Both the position numbers and the translations under genes were made by a program. Source: an uncultured delta proteobacterium (GTDB lineage Bacteria; Desulfobacterota; Binatia; DP-6). Taken from it: a stretch of DNA of 64,000 bases. Under the pieces are notes generated by a model that was not told the DNA's origin, searched no databases, and saw only the letters and a program-made list of their open reading frames with translations. Below, piece after piece: positions 10,023-20,578 of this stretch. Every line of letters begins with the position of its first letter. Positions within the stretch are counted from its first letter, which is position 1. The stretch spans positions 357,966-421,965 of the forward strand of contig CAWKPA010000010.1 of the NCBI GenBank assembly GCA_963851365.1, read 5' to 3'.

Positions 10023-10535
10023 TTGCGGCACTTCATGATCGAAGGCGGTGTCGCCATGACGACGCCGGTAACGACGCCAGCCATGACGATTCGCGGCGGG
10101 AGCCCTCACGCCCGCTTCCTCGTCGTCGTCGCAGTTGCGATGGCCGTCCTCCTCGGAGGATGCGCGCCAAAACGCACCGCGCGCCCCGTTCCGGGCGGCC
10201 GAAAGATCCTCACCGTGCCCGCCATCGAGCGGATGGTGCAGATGGGCACATCCCCGTCGGTCATCTACGCCGAGATGCAACGGTCGGGCACCGTCTACAA
10301 CCTGACCACCCAACAGGTCCGCGACCTGCGTGCCGTCGGCATGCCACCGTCGCTGATCAGCCAGATGCAGCTCACCTACCAGTACGCGGTGAAGAAGAAC
10401 CCGCAGCTCGCCAACACGGGCCGCTACTGGACCCAGGTCGACAACTACTGGTACGGCGGCGTTCCACTCGGGTGGCCACGCGACTGGGTCGCAACCGGGC
10501 CCCCGGTTGGCCAAGTGGTCAAGCAGAGGCGATAG
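10023..10535 (+). CDS. Hypothetical lipoprotein
   Basis: Lipoprotein signal MTIRGGSPHARFLVVVAVAMAVLLGGC, so the likely start is 10083. Coding-like composition. Confidence 0.5.
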   Translation: MRHFMIEGGVAMTTPVTTPAMTIRGGSPHARFLVVVAVAMAVLLGGCAPKRTARPVPGGRKILTVPAIERMVQMGTSPSVIYAEMQRSGTVYNLTTQQVRDLRAVGMPPSLISQMQLTYQYAVKKNPQLANTGRYWTQVDNYWYGGVPLGWPRDWVATGPPVGQVVKQRR

Positions 10536-10539
10536 GTCG

Positions 10540-10977
10540 TCAGTCGGCCGGGTCCAGCAGGGACTCGACGACGTCTGGGGCGAAACCCCGCGACACCAGG
10601 AGCCGCCAGGCACGCGGCCCCCCAGCGGCACCCGCGGCATCGAGCGCACGCCGCGCCCAGACCGTTTCGGGCTGCCCGTCGCGGGAGTCGTCGACCGCCG
10701 CCACTGCCACCGGGTCCGGGACGCCCCGCGCCCGCAGGTCGTCGGCGATCTTGAGGCTGCCCGCGCCGCGCGCGCGCAGGGCCCGGGCGCGATCGGCCGC
10801 CAGGCGCTCGTCGCTCACGTAACCGAGTTCCCGACAGCGTGCCACCGTGCGCGCTGCGGTTTCGGGTTGATACCCCTTCGCGACCATCCGGTCGCGCAGC
10901 GCGGCTTCGCTGAGCGGCGCGCGCGCCAGCAGGCGCGCGGCCACGTCGAGCGGAGTGGGATCACGGCCGGCCGGCAC
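10540..10977 (-). CDS. recX: RecX regulatory protein
   Basis: Immediately downstream of rec[52 protein letters not shown] is a RecX three-helix repeat. Start is uncertain: GTG at 10977, or CTG overlapping the recA stop. Confidence 0.6.
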   Translation of the reverse strand: MPAGRDPTPLDVAARLLARAPLSEAALRDRMVAKGYQPETAARTVARCRELGYVSDERLAADRARALRARGAGSLKIADDLRARGVPDPVAVAAVDDSRDGQPETVWARRALDAAGAAGGPRAWRLLVSRGFAPDVVESLLDPAD

Positions 10978-10994
10978 GACGACGCGCGGGAGCG

Positions 10995-12092
10995 TCAGTC
11001 GCGCCCGGCGCGCGCCTTCCGGCCGCCTTCGGCAACCCGAAGCCCCTCTTCGACGGGTGCGGCAACCGGCGCGGCGGTCGCCGTCGCGTTGTCGCTCTTC
11101 AGGCCGAACTTCTCCCGGACCCGCGCCTCGATGGTGCTCGCGATCTGCGGATGCTCGCGCAGGAAATCGCGGGCATTCTCGCGTCCCTGACCGATGCGTT
11201 CGCTCTCGTAGGCGTACCACGCGCCGGTCTTCTCGATGATGCCGTGCTCGGCCGCGATGTCGAGCAGCTCGCCTTCCTTGGAGATGCCGGCGCCGTAGAG
11301 GATGTCGAACTCCACCTCGCGGAACGGCGGCGCGACCTTGTTCTTCACCACCTTCACCTTCGTCCGGTTCCCGATGACCTCGTCGCCGTGCTTGATGGCC
11401 CCGACCCGCCGGATGTCGAGCCGGACGGAGGCATAGAACTTGAGGGCGTTGCCGCCGGTGGTGGTTTCCGGGTTGCCGAACATCACGCCGATCTTCATGC
11501 GGATCTGGTTGATGAAGATGACGATGGTCTTCGACTTCGAGATGGTGCCGGTGAGCTTGCGAAGCGCCTGCGACATGAGGCGGGCCTGGAGGCCCATCTG
11601 CGGGTCGCCCATGTCGCCCTCGATCTCGGCCCGCGGCACCAGCGCGGCCACGGAGTCGATCACCAGGACGTCGATGGCGCCGGACCGCACCAGGGTGTCG
11701 GCGATCTCGAGGGCCTGCTCGCCGTGGTCGGGCTGCGAGATGAGCAGATCTTCGGTCTTGACGCCGAGCTTGTGGGCGTAGCCGACGTCGAGCGCGTGCT
11801 CGGCGTCGACGAAGGCGCAGATGCCGCCGCGCTTCTGTGCCTCGGCCACCAGGTGCAGCGCCAACGTGGTCTTGCCCGACGACTCCGGTCCGTAGATCTC
11901 GATGACACGGCCGCGCGGGACGCCGCCGATGCCGAGCGCCAGATCGAGCCCGAGCGAGCCGGTCGGGAGCGCGGCGATGTCCTGGGGGGCGTTCCCCTCT
12001 CCCAGCTTCATGATCGCGCCCTTGCCGAACTGCTTCTCGATCTGACTGACGGCGAGATCGATGGCCCGCTCGCGGTTCACGTCGATGCCCAT
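10995..12092 (-). CDS. recA: Recombinase RecA
   Basis: [31 protein letters not shown] ... [24 protein letters not shown] 5 nt upstream of the ATG. Confidence 0.95.
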   Translation of the reverse strand: MGIDVNRERAIDLAVSQIEKQFGKGAIMKLGEGNAPQDIAALPTGSLGLDLALGIGGVPRGRVIEIYGPESSGKTTLALHLVAEAQKRGGICAFVDAEHALDVGYAHKLGVKTEDLLISQPDHGEQALEIADTLVRSGAIDVLVIDSVAALVPRAEIEGDMGDPQMGLQARLMSQALRKLTGTISKSKTIVIFINQIRMKIGVMFGNPETTTGGNALKFYASVRLDIRRVGAIKHGDEVIGNRTKVKVVKNKVAPPFREVEFDILYGAGISKEGELLDIAAEHGIIEKTGAWYAYESERIGQGRENARDFLREHPQIASTIEARVREKFGLKSDNATATAAPVAAPVEEGLRVAEGGRKARAGRD

Positions 12093-12184
12093 GTCACTTC
12101 CTCCCCGCACCCCAGGTGCCGTCGCAAATGATCGCGCACTGTACCTCGCGCGCCGCCATGGCTCCAGTGGCCGGATGCTTTTCT

Positions 12185-12754
12185 TCAGGCACCGTCGAGC
12201 AACAGCCGCGCCACCGCCTCGTACCTGGCACCCCCGGCTCCGAGGTGGCTCTGGAACAGCACCACCTCCGTGGCGGTCCAGGCGCCGAATTCACCGGCGC
12301 CCGCCCCGGCCAGGGACGCAACGACACGCGACGCGCCGCGGGGCGACCGCACGCGGCCCAGGGTGACATGCCCCGCGAACGGCCGCGGCTCGCGGGGAAA
12401 CCCGAGCGGTTCCAGGGCTCGCGCGACCGTCGCCACCAACCGTCCCAGCGCCGCCAGACCTGCCGTCACCCCCGCCCAGAACACCCGCGGGCGCCCGGGT
12501 CCCGGGAAGACCCCGAGTCCGGCGCAGACGAGCGGGATGGGCGCGTGGGGTGCCACCGCCGCCGCGAGTGCGGCGCGCACGCTGTCCACCCGCTCGTCCG
12601 GCACGGTGCCCAGAAACTGCAGCGTGAGATGCATCGCCGCCGGATCCACCCACCGGACATCCGCCCGCGGCGCCGCCGCACGCAGGCGTGCCTGCGCCGC
12701 GCCGAGCGCGGCGCGGACGTCGCCGGGCAGGTCGATCGCCACGAAGCAGCGCAC
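12185..12754 (-). CDS. thpR: RNA 2',3'-cyclic phosphodiesterase (2H family, ThpR/LigT)
   Basis: Two H-x-T-x motifs (HLTLQFLG and HVTLGRV), about 189 aa, GTG start. Confidence 0.7.
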   Translation of the reverse strand: MRCFVAIDLPGDVRAALGAAQARLRAAAPRADVRWVDPAAMHLTLQFLGTVPDERVDSVRAALAAAVAPHAPIPLVCAGLGVFPGPGRPRVFWAGVTAGLAALGRLVATVARALEPLGFPREPRPFAGHVTLGRVRSPRGASRVVASLAGAGAGEFGAWTATEVVLFQSHLGAGGARYEAVARLLLDGA

Positions 12755-12759
12755 GCGAC

Positions 12760-13233
12760 TCAGGTCACTGCACCGAACAGGCGGCGCAGGTTGCGGTGCC
12801 GGAGCCGGAACACGGCCATGGCAACGGCAGTGGATACGGAGGCCGGAACCGCCCCCCGGGGCTCGAACCGCAGCCGATCGGTGACGCGGCACCCTCCGGC
12901 AATCGGCTCGATCAGTCGTTCGTGTTCCCAGACGCGCTGCGAAAGCAGGGTCGAGCGCTCGACGAAGCGGCGCCCGGGCTCGACGGCCGCGAACGCGAGG
13001 TCGTCGTACTCCACCGGCAGGACGCCGCCGAGCAACAGCCAGCAACGAACGGGCGGCGCGCCCGGCCGCCACGAGGCGACGACGTCGGTCACACCCGACG
13101 GGAAGATCATGCGAAGGAGCGGGCGGAACTCGCGGTTGATGCCGGCCGGGCTGACCGCGTGCCGCCAGACCGCGGTGGCATCCGCCGCGAGGTCGGACCC
13201 GATTTCGAACCCGCGCAACGGTTCACTCCCCAC
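12760..13233 (-). CDS. SRPBCC/polyketide-cyclase-like (START/Bet v1 fold) hypothetical protein
   Basis: 157 aa, coding-like composition, positionally in the operon. Family call is tentative. Confidence 0.4.
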   Translation of the reverse strand: MGSEPLRGFEIGSDLAADATAVWRHAVSPAGINREFRPLLRMIFPSGVTDVVASWRPGAPPVRCWLLLGGVLPVEYDDLAFAAVEPGRRFVERSTLLSQRVWEHERLIEPIAGGCRVTDRLRFEPRGAVPASVSTAVAMAVFRLRHRNLRRLFGAVT

Positions 13234-13317
13234 ATTCCACTCCCTTGCGGGGCAGCGTCTCGACCGCGCTCGCGATGTCGGCGACGCGCCCGCCGGGAAC
13301 CGCGCGCCGCGCCGGGT

Positions 13318-14160
13318 TCACGGGCCCTCCACGTCGGCGAGCAGCTCCGCCGACACCACGCCGTAGGCGACCTTGCGGGCTGGACCGACCAAGGTGAGCG
13401 CGAAGTCGTCCGCGACGCCGATGACGAGCAGCCCGCCCGGCATCTCGACGACCACCTCGCCCGCAACGCACCGGCCGAGGCGCACCGACGCCGCCGCGGC
13501 CGCGCAGCTGCTGCTCCCCGACGCCAGCGTGTAGCCGGCGCCACGCTCCCAGATCTCGATCCGGATTCGGTCGGGCGCCAGCACCTGGACGAACTGGACG
13601 TTCGCGCGGTTCGGGAACGCCGGGTGCGTCTCGAGCTGCGGGCCGAGCCGCCGCACGAGGTCGGCCGACGTCTCCGGAACGTGGACGACGCAGTGCGGAT
13701 TGCCCACGGTGACGCCCGTGAACCGCAGGCGCACGGAACCGATCTCGATCGCCTCGTCGAGCACCTCGCGGCGCGGCCCCGCCACCGGGATGCGCGCGCT
13801 GTCGAAGCTGGCGCGCCCCATCTCGACGAAGACGCTACCGCCCCCGTCGCGCACCTGGCAGCGCACGACGCCCCCCCGGGTCTCCACCGCGAAGGTCTCG
13901 CCGCCGACCCGGCCGGCATCCCAGAGGTAGCGCGCGAAGATCCGGAGCCCGTTGCCGCTCTTCTCCGCCTCCGAGCCGTCCGGGTTGAGGATGCGCAAGC
14001 CGACGCCGGCGTCCGACGGCGTCTCCACCAGTATGCCGTCGGAGCCGACGCCGAAATGGCGGTCGCAGATGCGGCGCGCCAGCGCCGCCGTGAGTCTCTC
14101 CGGATCGGTCTCGAGCACGAGGTAGTCGTTCCCGAGCGCCTGGTACTTGTGGAATTTCAC
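13318..14160 (-). CDS. dapF: Diaminopimelate epimerase
   Basis: GTG start. VKFHKYQALGNDYLVLE ... GNPHCVVHV ... and a catalytic Cys region matching DapF. Confidence 0.85.
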   Translation of the reverse strand: MKFHKYQALGNDYLVLETDPERLTAALARRICDRHFGVGSDGILVETPSDAGVGLRILNPDGSEAEKSGNGLRIFARYLWDAGRVGGETFAVETRGGVVRCQVRDGGGSVFVEMGRASFDSARIPVAGPRREVLDEAIEIGSVRLRFTGVTVGNPHCVVHVPETSADLVRRLGPQLETHPAFPNRANVQFVQVLAPDRIRIEIWERGAGYTLASGSSSCAAAAASVRLGRCVAGEVVVEMPGGLLVIGVADDFALTLVGPARKVAYGVVSAELLADVEGP

Positions 14161-14210
14161 CGTGCCTCGGGCGTGGGCACCACGTCCGGCGGTCGAGGCG
14201 CGCCCATCTC

Positions 14211-14654
14211 TCAGCCCCGTCGCAGGGCGATCATCGCCGTCACCAGCGCGCCCGCGCTGATCACCGTGCGCACCCAATGCCACGTCGCCCATCGCGCCAG
14301 CTCGGCGGGGAGGTCGGCCGGCGCGACGGTGGCCACCGCGAAGCGCGCGTTGGCCTGCTGGAAGTACGCCGGGAACATGAGCACGGCGACGACCATCAAG
14401 GCGGCGGCCGCGACCGCGGGCCAGCGTCCGGCATCGCGCGTCCAGAACGCGACAACCGCCGCCGCCAGCACGAGCAGCGCGGTGGTGGCGGTGAGCGGGC
14501 CGAAGAAGGCGAGCAAGCGCCGGTCGTTCGCCGCGTACCAGGCGAAGAACTCTCCCGGTGAGAGGGATCGCCAGTACGGCACGAGCACGAACCCCTCGGT
14601 GATGTTCGCCCCCAGAAACACGCCGAGCGCCGCGGCGGAGAGCAGTTTCAACAT
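14211..14654 (-). CDS. DUF1772 (anthrone oxygenase-like) membrane protein
   Basis: 147 aa, 4 TM helices, WYAANDRRLLAFFGPL pattern. Confidence 0.5.
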   Translation of the reverse strand: MLKLLSAAALGVFLGANITEGFVLVPYWRSLSPGEFFAWYAANDRRLLAFFGPLTATTALLVLAAAVVAFWTRDAGRWPAVAAAALMVVAVLMFPAYFQQANARFAVATVAPADLPAELARWATWHWVRTVISAGALVTAMIALRRG

Positions 14655-14717
14655 ACCGCCACCCTCTCTACCGGCATCACGGCCGGCTGTGCCAGCACGG
14701 TCCGAGCCCGTATGCCC

Positions 14718-15992
14718 TCACCGCCGGCCGCGGAAGAGCACCAGCTCGCGCACCGGCATCCCGAGCGCATGCCGGCGGATCCACTCCAGCGCCACCTGCG
14801 ACGCCAGCAACTTCACCCAATCGCGCGTGCCCCAGAGCTGGTAGCGCGACGCCACCGTCTCGGTCGCCGTCGCGAGGCCGAAGCACACGGTGCCGACGGG
14901 CTTGTCCGCCGTGCCGCCGTCCGGGCCGGCGATGCCGGTGGTCGACACCGCGACGTCGGCGCCGAGCGCGCGGCGCGCCCCCGCCGCCATCTCCGCCGCC
15001 GTCTCCTCGCTCACCGCGCCGTGCGTCTCGAGCGTTGCGGCCGCGACGCCGAGGAGCTCGTGTTTCGCGGTGTTGGCGTACGCCATGACGCCGCCCTTCA
15101 CGTATGCCGAGCTGCCGGGCACACCGGTCAGCCGGTGCGTCACCAGGCCGCCCGTGCACGACTCCGCGGTCGCCACCGTCAGCCCCTGCTTGCGCAGCAG
15201 CTCGCCGACGGCCTGCTCGAGCGTCACCGCGCCCTCCGCGTAGCAGTACGGGCCGATGGCGGTGCGCAGCCGGTCGCCCACCACGCGCAGCCGCTCGGCC
15301 GCGGTGTCGGGCTGGCCGTGCACCACCACCCGCACCGACACCTCCGGGAAGCTGGCGCGGAACGACACCCGGCCCTCGGCGGAGTCGACCACGCCCGCGA
15401 CGGCTTCGTCGAGTCCCGACTCGGTGATGCCGAAGGTCTGGAACGTGCGCGCCAGGTACACCTCGCCGCCGCGCTGCGCGCGCAGCCAAGGCAGCACCGT
15501 GTCCTCCACCATCGGCTTCATTTCACGCGGCACGCCGGGCAGGACGACGATGTGGCGGTCGCCGAACGCGACGCGATAGCCGGGCGCGGTGCCGAGCGGG
15601 TTCGGCACCACCACGGCGCCCTGCGGCATCAGCGCCTGCTTCAGATTGTTGACGGGCATGTCGCGGCCGGCGGCCTGGAAGAAGCCGATGATGCGGTCGG
15701 CGGAGTCCTTGTCCTGCACCAGCGGCACGCCGACCACCCGCGCCACGGTCTCGCTGGTGAGGTCGTCGGCGGTCGGACCGATGCCGCCGGTGGAGATCAC
15801 CAGCTGCGCGCGCTCGAGCGCCTGGCGCCAGGCCCATTCGAGGCGGTCGGGGTAGTCGCCCACCGTAACCACGCAGGTCACGTCGACGCCGAGCTCGAAC
15901 AACTTGTCGGCGATCCAAGCGGCGTTCGAGTCGACGATGCGACCGGTGGTGAGCTCGTCGCCGGTGGAGACGATGGCGGCACGTTCGATCAC
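14718..15992 (-). CDS. cinA: CinA family protein (competence/damage-inducible; NMN amidohydrolase PncC domain)
   Basis: IVSTGDELTTGRIVDSNAAWIADKL ... C-terminal CinA domain ATAESCTGGLV. The GTG start overlaps the pgpA stop (GTGA). Confidence 0.85.
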   Translation of the reverse strand: MIERAAIVSTGDELTTGRIVDSNAAWIADKLFELGVDVTCVVTVGDYPDRLEWAWRQALERAQLVISTGGIGPTADDLTSETVARVVGVPLVQDKDSADRIIGFFQAAGRDMPVNNLKQALMPQGAVVVPNPLGTAPGYRVAFGDRHIVVLPGVPREMKPMVEDTVLPWLRAQRGGEVYLARTFQTFGITESGLDEAVAGVVDSAEGRVSFRASFPEVSVRVVVHGQPDTAAERLRVVGDRLRTAIGPYCYAEGAVTLEQAVGELLRKQGLTVATAESCTGGLVTHRLTGVPGSSAYVKGGVMAYANTAKHELLGVAAATLETHGAVSEETAAEMAAGARRALGADVAVSTTGIAGPDGGTADKPVGTVCFGLATATETVASRYQLWGTRDWVKLLASQVALEWIRRHALGMPVRELVLFRGRR

Positions 15993-16447
15993 AGGACCTC
16001 CAGCAGCAGGCGCGCGGCGGCGCCGGCATAGACGCCGGCCACCAGGTCGTCGCCCACCACGCCGATGCCCCACGGGACGCGACGGTCGATCACGCCCGCG
16101 GGCCACGGCTTCACGACGTCGAAGACGCGAAACAGCACGAACGCGAGCCACGCCGCCGCCCAGGTGCCGGGGACGAACAGCCCCGCCACCACCATGCCGG
16201 CCAGCTCGTCGATCACGATGCGCCCGTGGTCGTGCCCCGGGAAGATCTCGTCGGCGCGGCCGGCCGCCCACACCGCCACCGCGAGCACCGCGGCGACCGC
16301 GAGCCATCCCGCCAGCGGGGCACGATCGCGCAGCGCGGCCAACACCGGCAGTAACGGCACCGCCGCCACCGACCCCGCCGTGCCCGGCGCGACGGGCAGG
16401 TATCCCACGCCGCCCACGGTGGCGAGCACGATGGCCAGCGTCCGCAC
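15989..16447 (-). CDS. pgpA: Phosphatidylglycerophosphatase A
   Basis: VGGVGYLPVAPGTAGSVAAVPL PgpA signature, about 152 aa from the GTG (the ATG at 16510 is an alternative). Confidence 0.7.
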   Translation of the reverse strand: MRTLAIVLATVGGVGYLPVAPGTAGSVAAVPLLPVLAALRDRAPLAGWLAVAAVLAVAVWAAGRADEIFPGHDHGRIVIDELAGMVVAGLFVPGTWAAAWLAFVLFRVFDVVKPWPAGVIDRRVPWGIGVVGDDLVAGVYAGAAARLLLEVL

Positions 16448-16539
16448 GCCGGATGGCGTAGTGGCTCGCCCGTGGCGGGTCAAGCGTGCGGGCCGCCCCG
16501 TGCTTCTCATCGCGCGAGCGGCTTGATACGACCCGCGCC

Positions 16540-17358
16540 ATGACCCCCCTGGCTCGCGAACGCGACGTGGCGGTGGAGGCGGCTCGCGCCGCGGCCGCGA
16601 TCATCCGCCGATACTACAAGACCGACCTGCACGTGGAGATGAAGGGCCACGACGACCCCCTCACCGCCGCCGACCGCGAGTCGAACGCATGTATCCAGGA
16701 GCTGATCGCGGCAGCCTTCCCCGACGACGGGTGGCTCTCCGAAGAGACCGCCGACTCGAGCGACCGGCTGGCCAAGCGGCGCGTGTGGATCGTCGACCCG
16801 CTGGACGGCACCAAGGAGTTCACCCAGCACATCCCCGAGTTCTGCGTCTGCATCGCGCTGGTGGAGGACGGGCGACCCATCGTGGCCGTCGAAATCAATC
16901 CCGCCGTCGACCAGCTGTTCTGCGCCGTACGCGGCCAGGGCACCACGGTGGACGGGGTGCCGGCTCGGGTCAGTCGGCAGGCCGACGTCGCGCAGGCGCA
17001 GGTACTCGCAAGCCGCTCGGAGGACAAGCGCGGCGAGTGGGACGTCTTCAAGCCGCGCTGTCGGGTCGTGCTGACGGGCAGCGTCGCCTTCAAACTGGCC
17101 GAGATGTCCGCCGGCCGCGGCGATGCCACCTTCACCCTCACGCCCAAGAACGAGTGGGACATCTGCGCCGGCTCGCTCCTGGTCGAGGAGGCGGGCGGGC
17201 GCGTCACCGGGCTCGACGGCAAGCCGCTCCAGTTCAACCAACCGTCACCGCTGCGACCGGGCATGGTGGCGTCCAACGGCGTCCTGCACGACGGCCTGAT
17301 GGCGCTGATCGCCGAGCTGGGCGACCAGGTGCCGAAGGCGCCGCCGCGCCGGCGGTGA
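16540..17358 (+). CDS. Inositol monophosphatase family / 3'(2'),5'-bisphosphate nucleotidase (CysQ-like)
   Basis: WIVDPLDGTKEF and DICAGSLLVEEAGG IMPase motifs. Confidence 0.8.
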   Translation: MTPLARERDVAVEAARAAAAIIRRYYKTDLHVEMKGHDDPLTAADRESNACIQELIAAAFPDDGWLSEETADSSDRLAKRRVWIVDPLDGTKEFTQHIPEFCVCIALVEDGRPIVAVEINPAVDQLFCAVRGQGTTVDGVPARVSRQADVAQAQVLASRSEDKRGEWDVFKPRCRVVLTGSVAFKLAEMSAGRGDATFTLTPKNEWDICAGSLLVEEAGGRVTGLDGKPLQFNQPSPLRPGMVASNGVLHDGLMALIAELGDQVPKAPPRRR

Positions 17359-17380
17359 CAGGACCAGGGAGGATCGGTCG

Positions 17381-17887
17381 ATGAACGGACTGCCGTGGCA
17401 TCCCGCCGTCGTGCACCTGCCGATCGGCATCGGCATGGTGGCGCCCCTCGTCGCCCTCGGCGTCGCGCTCGCCGTGCGCCGGGGCGCCCTCGCGCGGCGC
17501 GCCTGGGCCATCGTGGTCGCCCTCCAGGCGCTCGCCTTCGTCGGTGGACTGATCGCCATGAAGACCGGCGAGAACGAGGAGGAGCGCGTCGAAGATCTCG
17601 TCGGCGAGCACCGCATCGAGGAACACGAGGAACGGGCAGAGCTCTTCGTGTGGGTGGCGGGCGCGGCGCTGGCGGCCGGGGTAGGCGCCTGGTGGCTACC
17701 CGGGGGCGCCCTGGCGGGCGGCGCCACAGCCGGCGCCGTGCTGCTGAGCAGCGTGGCCGCCGGCGCCGTGATGTCGACGGGCCACCTGGGCGGCGAGCTG
17801 GTCTATACCCACGGCGCCGCGGGGGCCTACGCCGGCGACGCCGCCCCGGGCGACGCCAAGACCGAGGGGCACGACGAGGACGACTGA
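17381..17887 (+). CDS. DUF2231-like membrane protein
   Basis: 168 aa. Several TM helices, charged loops, an acidic C-terminus. Confidence 0.45.
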   Translation: MNGLPWHPAVVHLPIGIGMVAPLVALGVALAVRRGALARRAWAIVVALQALAFVGGLIAMKTGENEEERVEDLVGEHRIEEHEERAELFVWVAGAALAAGVGAWWLPGGALAGGATAGAVLLSSVAAGAVMSTGHLGGELVYTHGAAGAYAGDAAPGDAKTEGHDEDD

Positions 17888-17898
17888 CCGCCGCACGC

Positions 17899-18663
17899 TC
17901 AGCGCAGCCCGCGGCGGTGCAGCACCTCCCGTGCGATCGCCGGCAGATCGGTCATCAGCGCGTCGACACCGAGGTCGAGAAGTCTGGCCATCTCTTCGGG
18001 GTCGTTGATGGTCCAGACATGGACCTCGAGGCCCAGCTGCTGGGCCGCCGCGACGAATTCGCGCGTCACGATCTCGATGTCCTGGTAGCGTGGCGGCACC
18101 TGCAGCGCCGCCGCGGGCGACGTCCACGCGTCGAGGGTCCCGTCACGGAGACGGAAGACGAACTCGGCCGCCTCCGCAGCCGAGCAGCTCGTCAGCACGT
18201 CCGGCGCCACGGCGCGGATACGGGCCATGATCGAGGCGTGCTCTGCGGCCAGTAGCGTCCGGTCGCGCGCCGCGTGCCGGTCGAGCACGGCGAGCACCGC
18301 GCTTTCGATCGGCGGATCCTGCTGCTTCACCTCGATGTTGAGGGGTACGTCCGGGTAGGCGGCCAGGAGCGCATCGAGCGTCGGGATGCGCAGCCCGCGC
18401 CCGCGCCAGGAATGACCGCCACCGGAGTCGGCGAATCGAAACCCGGCGTCGAGCGCCTGCACCGCAGCCAACGTCTGCAACCGCACCGGGCCCGAACCGT
18501 TGGTCGTGCGGTCGAGCGCCTCGTCGTGCAGCACCACCACGTGGCCGTCGGCCGTCGCGTGGACGTCGAGTTCCAGACGATCGGCGCCCGCCGCGAGGCC
18601 GGCGGCAAACGCCTCGATCGTGTTCTCCGGGTGCGTCCCCGAGGACCCGCGGTGCGCGAACAA
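17899..18663 (-). CDS. Glycerophosphodiester phosphodiesterase
   Basis: MFAHRGSSGTHPENTIEAF ... LELDVHATADGHVVVLHDE is the GDPD family signature. Confidence 0.85.
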   Translation of the reverse strand: MFAHRGSSGTHPENTIEAFAAGLAAGADRLELDVHATADGHVVVLHDEALDRTTNGSGPVRLQTLAAVQALDAGFRFADSGGGHSWRGRGLRIPTLDALLAAYPDVPLNIEVKQQDPPIESAVLAVLDRHAARDRTLLAAEHASIMARIRAVAPDVLTSCSAAEAAEFVFRLRDGTLDAWTSPAAALQVPPRYQDIEIVTREFVAAAQQLGLEVHVWTINDPEEMARLLDLGVDALMTDLPAIAREVLHRRGLR

Positions 18664-18697
18664 CCGCGGCCGTGGTCCCTCGAGGTATCGCGTCGCC

Positions 18698-19990
18698 TTA
18701 CTCCGCCCTGAGGGATTTCGCCACGGACGACAGCGAGACCGTCGAGGGCCGATCCGTGGCCGGCAACTTCGCCAGCTGGGTGGTCACGGCCACCCGCACC
18801 TTGTCGAACTCCCGGCGCGCGGGCGGCGACACCGGCTGGTCCCGCTGGGCCTCGAACTCCATCGGGTCCAGGTGCACCCCGCCCTGCTCCACCTCGTAGT
18901 GGAGGTGCGGCCCGGTCGCATGGCCAGTTGCGCCGACGTAGCCGATCACCTGGCCGCGCTCGACCTGCGACCCCGGCGCAATGCCCGGTGCGATCTCGTT
19001 CAGGTGTCCGTAGGTGGTGACGCGATCACCCACATGCTCGAGCCGAACGGCGCGGCCGAGCCCCCCCATGAACCGCGCCTCCTTCACCCAACCGTCGGCG
19101 GCGGCGCGCACGGGCGTCCCGCGCGGCGCGGCCAGGTCGACGCCCCGGTGCGGCCGCCAGCGGTGGAGGATCGGATGATAGCGCGACCCGGAGAATTCCG
19201 AGCTGATGGCGCGGAACTCGACCGGATACCGCAGGAAGTCACGCGACCACGCCTGGCCATCCGGACGGTAATAGCCACCCGTTCCGTCCTGGCGTTCGAA
19301 CAGCACCGCCGTAAACGGGTAGCCGCGCGCGACGATCTGGGCGCCGAGGATCTTGCCGCCCATCGGAGCGGCCCGCCCGGGCTCCCACATCGCCTCGTAG
19401 ATGACGCGGAACTCGTCACCCGGCGAGAGGTTGGCGCCGACATCCAGGTCCCAGCCGAAGATGTCGACCAACTCTGAAACCAGCTGCTCCGGGAGCCCCG
19501 CCGCCGCCGAGTCGGCTTTCAAGCCCTGGTCGATGCGGCCGGCGATCGCCCTGGTCTGGACGAAGTACGGCAGCGCCTCGCGCCGCGCGTCGATCAGACC
19601 GTCGGGCCGGCGCTCCAGGGTGAGCAACGTCCGATCGTCGATCTCGTAGCGCACCGCCTCGAGCTGGCCGCTGTCGCGATCGAATCGGAGCGTGAACCCA
19701 CGCCTGGGACGTACCTGGCGGAGGTCATAGACTCCGCGGGCGGCGTAGACCCACGGCGCGACCTCGGCCGGGCCGAGCCCCTTCATCGCCAGGATGTATT
19801 CGAGGGATTCACCACGCCGGACATGGACGTGCACGTCGTACCCGTCCGACGACCCGTAGGTCGACATGCCCCCCCCCTGGTCCACCGCGGCGAGACGCGC
19901 CGATGCAGCGGCGGCAATCCCTGTGGAACAGCAGAGGAGCACAAATGCTCCGGATAGAACTCCCCCGACGAGGCTGCGGCGTCTCGACAT
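18698..19990 (-). CDS. M23 family metallopeptidase (murein DD-endopeptidase-like) with signal peptide
   Basis: Signal peptide. The C-terminus has HRGVDLAAPRGTPVRAAADGWV ... TGHATGPHLHYEV, the M23 HxxxD/HxH motifs. Confidence 0.85.
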   Translation of the reverse strand: MSRRRSLVGGVLSGAFVLLCCSTGIAAAASARLAAVDQGGGMSTYGSSDGYDVHVHVRRGESLEYILAMKGLGPAEVAPWVYAARGVYDLRQVRPRRGFTLRFDRDSGQLEAVRYEIDDRTLLTLERRPDGLIDARREALPYFVQTRAIAGRIDQGLKADSAAAGLPEQLVSELVDIFGWDLDVGANLSPGDEFRVIYEAMWEPGRAAPMGGKILGAQIVARGYPFTAVLFERQDGTGGYYRPDGQAWSRDFLRYPVEFRAISSEFSGSRYHPILHRWRPHRGVDLAAPRGTPVRAAADGWVKEARFMGGLGRAVRLEHVGDRVTTYGHLNEIAPGIAPGSQVERGQVIGYVGATGHATGPHLHYEVEQGGVHLDPMEFEAQRDQPVSPPARREFDKVRVAVTTQLAKLPATDRPSTVSLSSVAKSLRAE

Positions 19991-20167
19991 ACTGTCGGTC
20001 CTCCGACCCGCCGCGCTGGGGAACGCGACGCGCTAGTAGGCGACTTGGCCTATGTGGCGCTTCGAATCGCGGCGCACCTTGCCTGCGTGAACCCTGGAAG
20101 TCAACCGCCGAACAGCCCCATTTGACGGCGATTGCCGCGCCGCCGGGGCGATGTTACGAGCGACTTC

Positions 20168-20578
20168 ATGCGGGTGGCTGCCCTCGACGTGGGCGATGCG
20201 CGCGTCGGCGTCGCGGTGTGCGACGAGCTCGGTCTGACGGTCCGTGGCGCGGGCATCGTGCGACGCGTGGGCGGCCAGCGCGATCTCGACGCCCTCGCCG
20301 CCGTGCTCCGGCCGCTCGAGCCGGAGCGCCTCGTGGTGGGCCTGCCGCTCAACATGGATGGCAGCGAGGGCAAGCAGGCCAGCCGCGTGCGAGCGTTCGG
20401 CGAGCGCGTGGCGCGCCACGTGGGGCTGCCCGTCGAGTTCTGGGACGAGCGCCTGACGACGTTCGCGGCCGAAGAGACCCTGCGCGATGCCGGCCTGTCA
20501 CGCGGCCGGCGCCGTGCGCTGATCGATCAGGAGGCCGCCGCCATCATCCTCGAGTCCTACCTCGCCCGGCCGACGTGA
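20168..20578 (+). CDS. ruvX: Holliday junction resolvase-like YqgF/RuvX
   Basis: MRVAALDVGDARVGVAVCDE ... LVVGLPLNMDGSEG. Confidence 0.85.
   Translation: MRVAALDVGDARVGVAVCDELGLTVRGAGIVRRVGGQRDLDALAAVLRPLEPERLVVGLPLNMDGSEGKQASRVRAFGERVARHVGLPVEFWDERLTTFAAEETLRDAGLSRGRRRALIDQEAAAIILESYLARPT

Noticed and set aside
20037-20052. Sigma-54-like GG-N10-GC element (TGGCCT-N5-GCGCT) upstream of ruvX
   Set aside because: Matches only the invariant GG/GC dinucleotides, not TGGCAC/TTGC. Indistinguishable from chance in GC-rich DNA.
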